NCBI GenBank assembly: GCA_945877315.1
Contig: CAMCRP010000006.1
Location: forward strand, 2,617-66,616
Source of the DNA: an uncultured Ruminococcus sp.
GTDB lineage: Bacteria; Bacillota; Clostridia; Oscillospirales; Ruminococcaceae
Reading direction: 5' to 3'
Length of the DNA: 64,000 bases
The position numbers and the translations under genes are program-made. This document shows positions 47,569 to 56,265 of the stretch, one piece after another (positions within the stretch are counted from its first letter, which is position 1; each line of letters starts with the position of its first letter). Under the pieces are notes generated by a model. The model was not told where the DNA came from. It ran no database searches and saw nothing but the letters and a program-made list of their open reading frames with translations.

Positions 47569-48726
47569 TTATCTGCAAAATTCGGGATTTTTCCGCTTTA
47601 TTTCTGCCTTGTTTTCATACATAAGAGCGTCTGCCTTACTGTATATTTCCTTAAATCCCGAAAAATCGCTCGTTCCCGAAGCATATCCCATAGCAATACT
47701 CAGCTTTATGGGACTGTCCTTGTAGTTATCGCAGGCAATGCGGACATTTTCAATTTCCGACAATACCTCCTCGTCATTGGGTGAAATATATATCACCGCA
47801 AATTCATCTCCGCCTATTCTGTAAACGTTGTGTGCGTTTTTCATATTGTCCAGAAGAACAGAAGCGGCGGCTTTGATAAGCTTATCACCCTCGGCGTGAC
47901 CGTAATTATCGTTGATAAGCTTCAAACCGTTCATATCACAGATAACAAAGCCTATGTTCAGCTGCTTGTTCTTATACTTCTTTTCAAATGCGGACATCTG
48001 CTGTTCAAAGCTGTTTTTGTTACGGACACCCGTGGCATTGTCCCAGAGAGCCTGTTCCAAATATGCGGAAACGGGATTATCCACCGTAACAAACAGACCT
48101 ATGCAGACGAATGTTACCGCCGCACCCGTCATAAGCAGCTCGGGAATGAACGCCTGCAAAGAGATCATCACCGCCATAAGCGAACCTGTCGGCAGAACGG
48201 CAAGCCGCATTTTCCTGTCCAGATTTTTGTAATTGACCAGAGCCAGTATCAAAGCAGCTAAACAATATAAAGCAAATATGCCGTAGCACACAAAAATAAG
48301 CTGACCGTAGCTGTAATTTGTCACTCTGCCCCGAACATACTCTATAGGCAGAACGAATGACAGCAGTATTATCGTAATAACAGGCAGGAACTTGACTCGG
48401 CGATATCCCTGCAAAAGTCTGTATGACATAGTCAGCTTGATAACATAATCCAGAAATTCCATTATAAACAATAAGCCGAAGCAATAGAAAGCAACGTGAA
48501 GCACCTTGTTCACCGCTTTTGGAACAACATCAAGATTGTTTACGGTCACTACCGTTATCATATCCAGCAGTACGTGCCCCAAAGCATAGAACGCTATTTT
48601 CAGAAAGGATCTTCCGTCGTTGCTCTCGTCATTGCTTTTATATATTGAATGATAGCATATCAGAAAAATGAGAACAAGCAGACAAACTGCTTCCTCCCTA
48701 ACGGTCAATATTACCGACAAGCCCAT
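47569..48726 (-). CDS. Membrane-anchored GGDEF-domain diguanylate cyclase
   Basis: About 6 N-terminal TM helices. GGDEF domain with RIGGDEF and AEGDKLIKA. Confidence 0.8.
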   Translation of the reverse strand: MGLSVILTVREEAVCLLVLIFLICYHSIYKSNDESNDGRSFLKIAFYALGHVLLDMITVVTVNNLDVVPKAVNKVLHVAFYCFGLLFIMEFLDYVIKLTMSYRLLQGYRRVKFLPVITIILLSFVLPIEYVRGRVTNYSYGQLIFVCYGIFALYCLAALILALVNYKNLDRKMRLAVLPTGSLMAVMISLQAFIPELLMTGAAVTFVCIGLFVTVDNPVSAYLEQALWDNATGVRNKNSFEQQMSAFEKKYKNKQLNIGFVICDMNGLKLINDNYGHAEGDKLIKAAASVLLDNMKNAHNVYRIGGDEFAVIYISPNDEEVLSEIENVRIACDNYKDSPIKLSIAMGYASGTSDFSGFKEIYSKADALMYENKAEIKRKNPEFCR

Positions 48727-48946
48727 ACCCCCATATTATTATTTTCAGCCATTTAATTTACAAATATTATACATCAAAATAATAAGATTGTCAATAATAG
48801 CTTACAAAGAATTCCGTCATAAAACAACATTTCCATAAAAACACGTTTAAGAAAATGACTATTCGTCAGTTTTGCCTATTGCCAAATTTTTCGGACAGTA
48901 TTATAATTATATTTGGGGTAATTTCTACGAAAAGAAGCGAATAATA

Positions 48947-49747
48947 ATGGTAATTGATTTTCACACACATATCTATCCCGCAGACATTGCCGACAAAGCC
49001 ACAAAAAGCATCTGCGAGTTTTACGGACTGTACGAAGAAGAACACAAAAACAAGATAGCCACCGCCGAAACACTTCTCGAAGAGGGCAGAAACGGCGGTA
49101 TAGACAGCTTTGTTATCCTGCCCGTTGCCATAAAGCCTGAGCACGTTTCCCATATAAATGATTTTGCCATTGGTGAAGCTGAGAAGCATAAGGAGTTCTA
49201 TCCCTTCGGCACACTTCACGCCGCCATGAACGACCCTCTCAGCGAGATAGAACGCATTTCGGGGAAGGTGAGGGGCATAAAATTTCACCCCGACACTCAG
49301 CAGTTCCCCATAGACGACAAGCGGCTTTTTCCCGTATATGATGCACTTCAAGGCAAGCTGCCCGTGCTTTTTCATTGCGGGGACAAGCGGTTTGACTATT
49401 CCCACCCGTCAAGGCTGAAACGGGTTTTGAAGGAGTTCCCACGCCTGACGGTCATAGCGGCACATATGGGCGGATATTCCATCTTTGACGAAGCAATGGA
49501 GCTTCTCTGTCACGAGAACTGCTTTTTTGACATTTCCAGCTCTATTATGTTCCTCGGCAAGGAAAAAAGCGTGGAATATGTCAGAAAATACGGTGCAGAG
49601 CGGATAGTGTTCGGTTCGGATTTTCCCCTGTGGAAGCCGTCGGAGGAAAAGGAACGTTTTTTAAATCTCGGTCTGACGGACAGGGAGAATGAGCTTATTC
49701 TTTCGGAAACCGCCTTGCGCCTGCTAAATGTGGAAAGTGGAAAGTGA
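48947..49747 (+). CDS. Amidohydrolase-family (TIM-barrel metal-dependent hydrolase) protein
   Basis: N-terminal metal-binding motif MVIDFHTHIYP. HPD..Q, AAHMGG and GSDFP motifs. Confidence 0.7.
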   Translation: MVIDFHTHIYPADIADKATKSICEFYGLYEEEHKNKIATAETLLEEGRNGGIDSFVILPVAIKPEHVSHINDFAIGEAEKHKEFYPFGTLHAAMNDPLSEIERISGKVRGIKFHPDTQQFPIDDKRLFPVYDALQGKLPVLFHCGDKRFDYSHPSRLKRVLKEFPRLTVIAAHMGGYSIFDEAMELLCHENCFFDISSSIMFLGKEKSVEYVRKYGAERIVFGSDFPLWKPSEEKERFLNLGLTDRENELILSETALRLLNVESGK

Positions 49748-49903
49748 AAAGTGGAGTTATTAGTGTTGAGTTATAAATTAAAAGTATAAACAGACTAAAT
49801 TTTAAGGGGCAGCCGTTTTGGTTGCCCCTTTATAATTGCGGTTGAGAAAGAATTCCACTTTCCACTTTTCACTTTTCACATTTAACGAATCACTTTTCAC
49901 ATT
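49728..49903. repeat. MITE/REP-like element: GTGGAAAGTGGAAAGTGAAAAGTGGAG ... TTAAGGGGCAGCCGTTTTGGTTGCCCCTTTA ... CCACTTTCCACTTTTCACTTTTCAC
   Basis: Same architecture as 46661..46812. Its left end supplies the last 7 codons and the stop of the amidohydrolase gene (..NVESGK*). Confidence 0.7.
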
Positions 49904-50735
49904 ATGCCGAGATGTCCTTTTTAATATACTTAGCAAACCCGATAATAACACCCAGAGCGGAAATAGCAATGCCTACCCACATAAGCTTCATATCGATCTC
50001 CGATTCGGAAATAATATTGCTTGCCTCGGCGTATGCGTAGGGAGTTATGTATTTGAGTGCTTCCGCCTTGTCGCTGATATTGCAGATGATATTCATAAAA
50101 TATAAAGTCAGCGCAAGACCTAAGCCGATGCCAATGCTGCCCCGCCTGATAAACGCCGAAATTCCGAAGCAGATACAGCCTATCTCTATCTGCATAACAA
50201 GATATGCGGCGTGAAGCAACATAAATTCCTTCATCTTGTATTCCTCGCCGATAATTCCCGCAGACGCAAGGCTAATGCCAACAACAGCCACATTCATCAA
50301 AATTATCTGCGTGAAAACGGACATAAGCTTCTGAACCAGCACGGAACCTCTGCTTACGGGGTGTGTCAGGAGAAATTCGGCGGTGCGTTCCTTTTCCTCA
50401 TTTGCAAGCACGGAAATTCCCGCCAGAGCCGCAAAAAATCCCCCGCCGATTCCCAGAATATTGCCGCACTCAATGCCGTAAAAGCCCATAAGCTCTCCGA
50501 AGCTCAGCCTGTCCATACCGAATGCCGCGGTAAATCCGCCCATATTTGCAAAAACATCGGAAACGCTGTCCATCTCCGACTCCATTTCGGGGAACATCAT
50601 CACGCAGATGAACATCATAAAGCCAATGGAAAGCGTCCATATGAGCCACGATTTTGCGGACTGTTTCAGTTCTTTTATGTAAATTGTCATATCACACGCC
50701 GCCTTTCTCATAGAAGTGCATAAATATCTCGTCAA
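49902..50735 (-). CDS. ABC-2 family transporter permease
   Basis: 6 TM segments. Overlaps the upstream ATPase gene (50692..51567). Confidence 0.7.
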   Translation of the reverse strand: MTRYLCTSMRKAACDMTIYIKELKQSAKSWLIWTLSIGFMMFICVMMFPEMESEMDSVSDVFANMGGFTAAFGMDRLSFGELMGFYGIECGNILGIGGGFFAALAGISVLANEEKERTAEFLLTHPVSRGSVLVQKLMSVFTQIILMNVAVVGISLASAGIIGEEYKMKEFMLLHAAYLVMQIEIGCICFGISAFIRRGSIGIGLGLALTLYFMNIICNISDKAEALKYITPYAYAEASNIISESEIDMKLMWVGIAISALGVIIGFAKYIKKDISA

Positions 50736-51567
50736 GCCCGGGTTCGGTAATGGTCATATCGGTAATGGGCATTGCGTTTACAGCGGACAAAAGTGCCTTT
50801 ATATCCCCGCCGTAAAGGAATGTGACACCGTCCTCGGACACCTCCGCCGATTTCACGGAAACGCCCTCGGGAAGGGCATTTACACCGTGGAGGGTCACAC
50901 GCTTCGCACTTGTTTTTGATAGATTTTCCACGCTGTCAAGGGCGATAAGCCTGCCCTCCTTGATGATAGCCGCACGGGTGCAGTTTTTCTGTATTTCCGA
51001 CAGGATATGTGAGGACAGAAAGATAGTCGCACCCTCCTCATGACGCTCCCTTAAAATGCTGAAAAACTCCCTTTGCATAAGCGGGTCAAGTCCGCTGGTA
51101 GGCTCGTCCAAAATGCAAAGCTTCGGCTTATGCTGCAATGCGCAGACGATAGACGCCTTTTTGCGGTTTCCCAAGGAAAGCTCGTCAACACGCTTTGAAC
51201 AGTCCAGGTCAAGCCGTTCGCAAAGCCGTTTTGCTTCCTCGGAACAATCCTTTTTTCTCATTCCCGCAGACAGGGAGATAATGTCCCCCACACGCATACC
51301 GTTATAAAAATTCGCCTCGGAGGGCATATATCCAACATCACGGAGAATTTCGTTCTTTTGGGAAATAATGTCCTTCCCGAAAATTGACGCCGTTCCCGAT
51401 GTTGGGAAAATAAGTCCCAGCAGGGTACGGATAGTGGTGGATTTTCCCGCACCGTTTGGCCCGATAAATCCGAAGAAATCCCCCTCATTCACCGCAAGGT
51501 CAAGTTCTGTTATGCCCCTTGCGCTGCCGTAGGTTTTTGTTAGCTTTTTTGTTTCGATAATTGTCAT
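50692..51567 (-). CDS. ABC transporter ATP-binding protein
   Basis: Start at MTIIETKKL (RBS AAAGGAGG). Walker A GPNGAGKST. Signature LSLGNRKKASIVCAL. Walker B ILDEPTSGLD. Confidence 0.85.
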   Translation of the reverse strand: MTIIETKKLTKTYGSARGITELDLAVNEGDFFGFIGPNGAGKSTTIRTLLGLIFPTSGTASIFGKDIISQKNEILRDVGYMPSEANFYNGMRVGDIISLSAGMRKKDCSEEAKRLCERLDLDCSKRVDELSLGNRKKASIVCALQHKPKLCILDEPTSGLDPLMQREFFSILRERHEEGATIFLSSHILSEIQKNCTRAAIIKEGRLIALDSVENLSKTSAKRVTLHGVNALPEGVSVKSAEVSEDGVTFLYGGDIKALLSAVNAMPITDMTITEPGLDEIFMHFYEKGGV

Positions 51568-51580
51568 TTTCCGTCCTCCT

Positions 51581-52198
51581 TTAAAGGTATTCGGGCTTAT
51601 AAACAAGCCTTTTCAGCATTTCCAGATATTCAAGATAGGTATTGTTTAGCTTCTCCAAATCGGTCAGCTCCTCGGGAGTTCTGGTGCGCATAAAGCCCTC
51701 GGCAAACCACAGGATAATGTTCACCAGCTTTTCGGGGGAAACGTCATCACGAAGCTTGCTGAGGTCTGCCCTTGCAAGAAAGCTCTCGGCGGCACTTTTC
51801 TCGATATCCCCGAAGGTGGTGTCTATCTCGCTTTTCACCTCGGGACTGTCCTCGTAAAATGCTTTTACGATAAATGTCATACAGTCGGGGTGCTTTGCAA
51901 GCATTGACATTTTGCAGCTTTGAGAATTTACGATTATCTTGAAAAAATCCGTTTCCGAAGTGTCGGTAAATTTGCTCATTTCGCCCATTATAAAATTTGC
52001 CGCATAGTCATACAGGAACAGATAAAGCCCCTTTTTGCTGTCGAAATAGTGGAAGATAAGCCCCTTTGAAATGCCCGCCAGCGACGCTATTTCGTCGGTG
52101 GACGCCTTTTTGTAGTCGTATTTTGCAAAGACGTGAAGTGCGGCATTTATAATAGTATCCTGCCGCTCCTTTGATAATGTGAAAAATTTCTCGTTCAA
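51581..52198 (-). CDS. TetR/AcrR-family transcriptional regulator
   Basis: N-terminal helix-turn-helix INAALHVFAKYDYKKASTDEIASLAGISKGLIFHYFDSKKGLY. First gene of a tetR-ABC ATPase-permease operon. Confidence 0.8.
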   Translation of the reverse strand: MNEKFFTLSKERQDTIINAALHVFAKYDYKKASTDEIASLAGISKGLIFHYFDSKKGLYLFLYDYAANFIMGEMSKFTDTSETDFFKIIVNSQSCKMSMLAKHPDCMTFIVKAFYEDSPEVKSEIDTTFGDIEKSAAESFLARADLSKLRDDVSPEKLVNIILWFAEGFMRTRTPEELTDLEKLNNTYLEYLEMLKRLVYKPEYL

Positions 52199-52589
52199 TT
52201 TGCATTTCCTTTCTGTTGACCGATTAGGTCAATGTTATTATAGCATGATTGACCGATTTGGTCAATAGGGCTTTTGTTTGTATATTTAACAAAATAGCGG
52301 TGACGGTTTTATATAAATTGCCGGCTGATTTTATGATAGCACGATTTTTTCGGAATATTTTTAAAATGCTTGACAATAATATTTTTGTGTGATATAATAA
52401 ACGCAGGAAATAAGAAATAATCCACCTAGTTCACCGGATTACACAAATAGCCCCCCCAGAGCTGCAACTCCGAGGGGGCTTTGTGCTGTCCAAATTATGT
52501 GCTCTTCACTCTACATATTGTAGGGAACGCATCCCGTCCCGTTGGGGTTGCTGAAATATTCGGGTTACATTAAAATTGACGGAAACCAC

Positions 52590-52900
52590 GGCTTTTTGCC
52601 GCCTATCGGCAGTGTGAAAAATTTGTAAGGCGTGGACGCCTTACAAATTTTTCACGGCGCACCGCACACAATTGCGTGTTTTCACGACTTTTGCTATATT
52701 CGTTAGATAGATGCTTTACTGTTATTTTTGTGTGCGGTGCTTTTTTGGCTGTTTTGTTTGTGCGCTTTACTGTTAAATCTTTTTTGACTGTTAGCTTAGG
52801 GGATTTCGCCTCTGCGGAGGCGACAAGGGGCGCTGCCCCTCGACCCCGCAGCCTTTAGAAAAGGCTGGCGAAACTTTTATATTGGCTGGCGAAACTTTTA
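52590..52900 (+). repeat. ~300-bp composite repeat element, copy 2 (plus orientation)
   Basis: See copy 1 at 27620..27910. Contains GTGAAAAATTTGTAAGGCGTGGACGCCTTACAAATTTTTCAC and GGGGATTTCGCCTCTGCGGAGGCGACAAGGGGCGCTGCCCCTCGACCCCGC. Confidence 0.65.
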
Positions 52901-52919
52901 TTTTTTTGGCTTACGAAAT

Positions 52920-52948
52920 TGACAAATCGATTTTTTTGGAGTATAATA
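52920..52948 (+). promoter_or_regulatory. Sigma-A-like promoter for metG (TTGACA-17-TATAAT)
   Basis: TTGACAAATCGATTTTTTTGGAGTATAAT, 40 nt upstream of the metG ATG. Confidence 0.55.
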
Positions 52949-52987
52949 ACCATATGCCATAAATTTAAGGATTCGGAGGATAAAAAA

Positions 52988-54946
52988 ATGTCAGAGAAAA
53001 AACCATTCTATATAACCACACCTATCTATTATCCGTCGGGAAATCCCCATATCGGACACTGCTATACTACCGTTGCATGCGACTCTATCGCAAGATATAA
53101 GCGTATGCAGGGCTATGACGTAATGTTCCTCACAGGTACCGACGAGCACGGTCTGAAAATCGAGCAGAAGGCAGCCGAAAAGGGCGTTACCCCCAAGCAG
53201 TACGTTGACGAGATAGTCGAAATATTCAAAAATCTCTGGAAAACCATGAACATCAGCTACGACAGATATATCAGAACTACCGACGATTACCACGTTGAAG
53301 CCGTTCAGAAGATATTCAAGGCTCTCTACGACAAGGGATATATCTACAAGGGCGAATATACGGGAAAATACTGCACCCCCTGCGAAAGCTTCTGGACAGA
53401 GTCCCAGCTTGTGGACGGAAAGTGCCCCGACTGCGGACGTGATGTCACCGAGGCAAAGGAAGAAGCCTATTTCTTCAAAATGTCTCCCTTTGCAGACAGA
53501 ATTGAAAAGCTGCTCCTTGAAACAGATTATCTCCGGCCCAAGACCCGTGCAGTTGAGCTTGTAAACAACTTTATCAAGCCCGGTCTGGAGGATCTCTGCG
53601 TTTCCAGAACTACCTTTAAATGGGGCATTCCCGTTACCTTTGACGAAAAGCACGTTGTTTATGTTTGGATAGATGCTCTCTCCAACTATATCACCGCTTT
53701 GGGATATGAAAACGATAAATACAATGATTTTGACAAATACTGGCCCGCAGATGTCCACATGGTGGCAAAGGATATTATGAGATTCCATGCTATTATCTGG
53801 CCTGCAATGCTTATGGCTCTTGAGCTGCCCCTGCCGAAGCACCTTGCAGTTCACGGCTGGATAACTCTTGGCGGCGTAAAAGTATCCAAATCCCGCGGAA
53901 ACGTGTTTGACCCGCTGGTTCTCAGCGAGCGTTACGGCACAGACTCTATCCGTTATCACATTCTCCGTGAAATGGCTCTTGGAGCAGACAGTGCATTCTC
54001 CAACGAGATAATGATAAACCGCATTAATTCCGACCTTGCAAACGATCTTGGAAATCTTGTTTCCAGAACCGTTGCAATGGTTATCAAGTATTTTGACGGA
54101 AAGCTTCCCGCAGACAGAGAAGCAGATGCCCTTGACGATGAGCTTATCTCCATGGCTTCCGCTCTCGCGGGCAAGGTTGACGCTTTCATGGACGAAACTC
54201 AGCTGAACAACGCACTTGCGGAGATATTCACCGTTATTTCCCGTGCAAACAAGTATATTGACGAAACCGCTCCCTGGGTGCTTGCAAAGGACGAGTCCAA
54301 GAAGGCACGCCTTGCGACGGTTATGTACAATCTGCTTGAAGCTATCAGAATTACCACCACTCTCCTTTCCTGCTTTATGCCTACGGATATGCCTAAGGTA
54401 TGGGCGCAGACAGGCGTTTCCGCTGATATGGTAAATTGGGAAAATGCCTGCAAATTCGGCGTTCTTCCCGCTGATGCCACAGTTACAAAGGGGGATATTA
54501 TCTTCCCGAGAAGAGATGTTGACAAGGAAATCGAGGAGCTGAACGCCCTTATCAAGAACAGCGAGCAGCCCGCTCCCGCCGAGGAAAAGAAGGAGGAAAA
54601 GGCAAACATTCTCCCCGTGTCCGACATTATTGAGTTTGACAGCTTCGAGAAGATAGATCTGAGAGCAGCCACAGTTATTTCCTGCGAAAAGGTCAAAAAG
54701 TCCAACAAGCTTCTCTGCTTGCAGCTTGATGACGGTATGGGCGGTCGTCAGGTAGTTTCGGGAATCGCAAAATGGTACAAGCCCGAGGATCTTATCGGCA
54801 AGAAGGTCATTATCGTTGCAAATCTCAAGCCCGTAAAGCTTTGCGGAGTTGAGTCAAACGGTATGGTCGTTGCCGCAGATGTGGGCGAGGACGCAAGAGT
54901 TATCTTCCTTGACAGCGACATTCCCAACGGCGCAAAGCTTCGCTGA
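52988..54946 (+). CDS. metG: Methionyl-tRNA synthetase with C-terminal tRNA-binding (EMAP/Trbp111-like) domain
   Basis: Start at MSEKKPFYITTPIYYPSGNPHIGH (HIGH motif; RBS GGAGGA). Zinc knuckle CTPCESF..CPDCG. KMSKS variant KVSKSRGN. C-terminal OB-fold LLCLQLDDGMGGRQVVSGIAKWY. Confidence 0.92.
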   Translation: MSEKKPFYITTPIYYPSGNPHIGHCYTTVACDSIARYKRMQGYDVMFLTGTDEHGLKIEQKAAEKGVTPKQYVDEIVEIFKNLWKTMNISYDRYIRTTDDYHVEAVQKIFKALYDKGYIYKGEYTGKYCTPCESFWTESQLVDGKCPDCGRDVTEAKEEAYFFKMSPFADRIEKLLLETDYLRPKTRAVELVNNFIKPGLEDLCVSRTTFKWGIPVTFDEKHVVYVWIDALSNYITALGYENDKYNDFDKYWPADVHMVAKDIMRFHAIIWPAMLMALELPLPKHLAVHGWITLGGVKVSKSRGNVFDPLVLSERYGTDSIRYHILREMALGADSAFSNEIMINRINSDLANDLGNLVSRTVAMVIKYFDGKLPADREADALDDELISMASALAGKVDAFMDETQLNNALAEIFTVISRANKYIDETAPWVLAKDESKKARLATVMYNLLEAIRITTTLLSCFMPTDMPKVWAQTGVSADMVNWENACKFGVLPADATVTKGDIIFPRRDVDKEIEELNALIKNSEQPAPAEEKKEEKANILPVSDIIEFDSFEKIDLRAATVISCEKVKKSNKLLCLQLDDGMGGRQVVSGIAKWYKPEDLIGKKVIIVANLKPVKLCGVESNGMVVAADVGEDARVIFLDSDIPNGAKLR

Positions 54947-54976
54947 ATGTGAAAAGTGAAAAGTGGAAAGTGAAAT
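54947..54976. repeat. GTGAAAAGTGAAAAGTGGAAAGTGAAA repeat immediately after the metG stop
   Basis: The metG TGA stop is embedded at the repeat edge (CGCTGAATGTGAAAAG). Confidence 0.7.
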
Positions 54977-55069
54977 TCTTAATGTTGAATTTAATGTACT
55001 AATGAAATACTGATCAATGGGTGTTCCCTCGTCTTTGGCGGGGGAACAGCTGTATTTGGGAGAAATCAT

Positions 55070-55909
55070 ATGAAAACCGGCTTGGTACTTGAAGGCGGGG
55101 CAATGCGGGGAATGTATACCGCAGGAGTCCTTGATACATTTCTGGATAAAAATATCGGCTTTGACTGCATCGTGGGAGTGTCCGCAGGGGCGTTGTTTGG
55201 CGTGAATTTCCTTTCACGTCAGAAGGGTAGAGTCATAAGATATAACAAGCGTTTCAACGGAGATAAGAACTATATGGGCATTATCCCCCTGATAAAAGAG
55301 GGGAATATTTTCAGTACGAAATACGCTTATGAGGACGTTCCCCGACGGCTGGACCCCTTTGACGATGAAGCGTACAAGGCTTCGGGAGTGCCGTTTTATG
55401 CCGTTCTGACAGATGTTCACAGCGGTCAGCCCGAATATGTGCGGATAAACAGCGTTTTTGAGCAGATGGACACTCTCCGTGCTTCCGGTTCCATGCCCAT
55501 AGTGTCAAGACCCGTGGAGATAGGCGGCAGGCTGTATCTTGACGGCGGAATTTCCGACAGTATCCCCTATGAATGGCTGCTGTCACAGGGCTGCGACAGG
55601 CTTGTTGTTGTTCTGACACGTCACCTCGACTATCGGAAAAAGCCCGCTTCACCCGCAATTGTGGGGCTTTGCGGCGCAAAATACCCGAAAATCGGCGAAA
55701 GAATGAAGTCCCGCCATGAGAATTACAACCGTTCCGCAGAACAGCTGAAAAAGCTTGAACGGGACGGAAAGGCGTTCGTTATCCGTCCGTCGGAGGAGAT
55801 TAAAATAGGCAGGCTGGAAAAGGACCCCCAAAAGCTGCAGGCGGTTTACGAGCTTGGTGTCAAAGACTGCGCAAAATATGTCGGGGAACTTGCTGAGTAC
55901 ATTTGCTGA
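55070..55909 (+). CDS. Patatin-like phospholipase family protein
   Basis: Gly-rich oxyanion loop GLVLEGGAMRGMYTAGVLD. GxSxG nucleophile motif GVSAGA. DGG near LYLDGGISDSIP. Confidence 0.75.
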   Translation: MKTGLVLEGGAMRGMYTAGVLDTFLDKNIGFDCIVGVSAGALFGVNFLSRQKGRVIRYNKRFNGDKNYMGIIPLIKEGNIFSTKYAYEDVPRRLDPFDDEAYKASGVPFYAVLTDVHSGQPEYVRINSVFEQMDTLRASGSMPIVSRPVEIGGRLYLDGGISDSIPYEWLLSQGCDRLVVVLTRHLDYRKKPASPAIVGLCGAKYPKIGERMKSRHENYNRSAEQLKKLERDGKAFVIRPSEEIKIGRLEKDPQKLQAVYELGVKDCAKYVGELAEYIC

Positions 55910-56265
55910 GTTGAGCGTTGAGGATAATACTGAACAATGTGTCACAGTACACCAAAATCGTATATATTATGAACAGGATATTTAACTATTTTATCCTGAC
56001 AATGAGATAATTTTTTGTGAGATTTTACAAATTCTCAAAAAACACTTGAAATTTCCAAAATCATATGTTATAATATGGCTAATCAAATAAAAGGCAAAGC
56101 CGATGAAAGTCGGTGTCGCAAAGCACGAGCCTAAGCTTAATGAATATGACTTATCAAGGAGTATGGCGGTCGGGCTGCATTTGATGGAGTTTGCTCCGTT
56201 GTGCAGTTCGGTTGTATGCTCCTTTAATTTTTTATTTTGGTCCTTAATGATCGGAGGGTGACATT

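Noticed and set aside
52200-52987. T-box leader upstream of metG
   Set aside because: I could not find the conserved T-box sequence (AATTAGGGTGGTACCGCG-like) or a specifier-loop/antiterminator arrangement. The region is instead occupied by the 300-bp repeat element and a sigma-A promoter.
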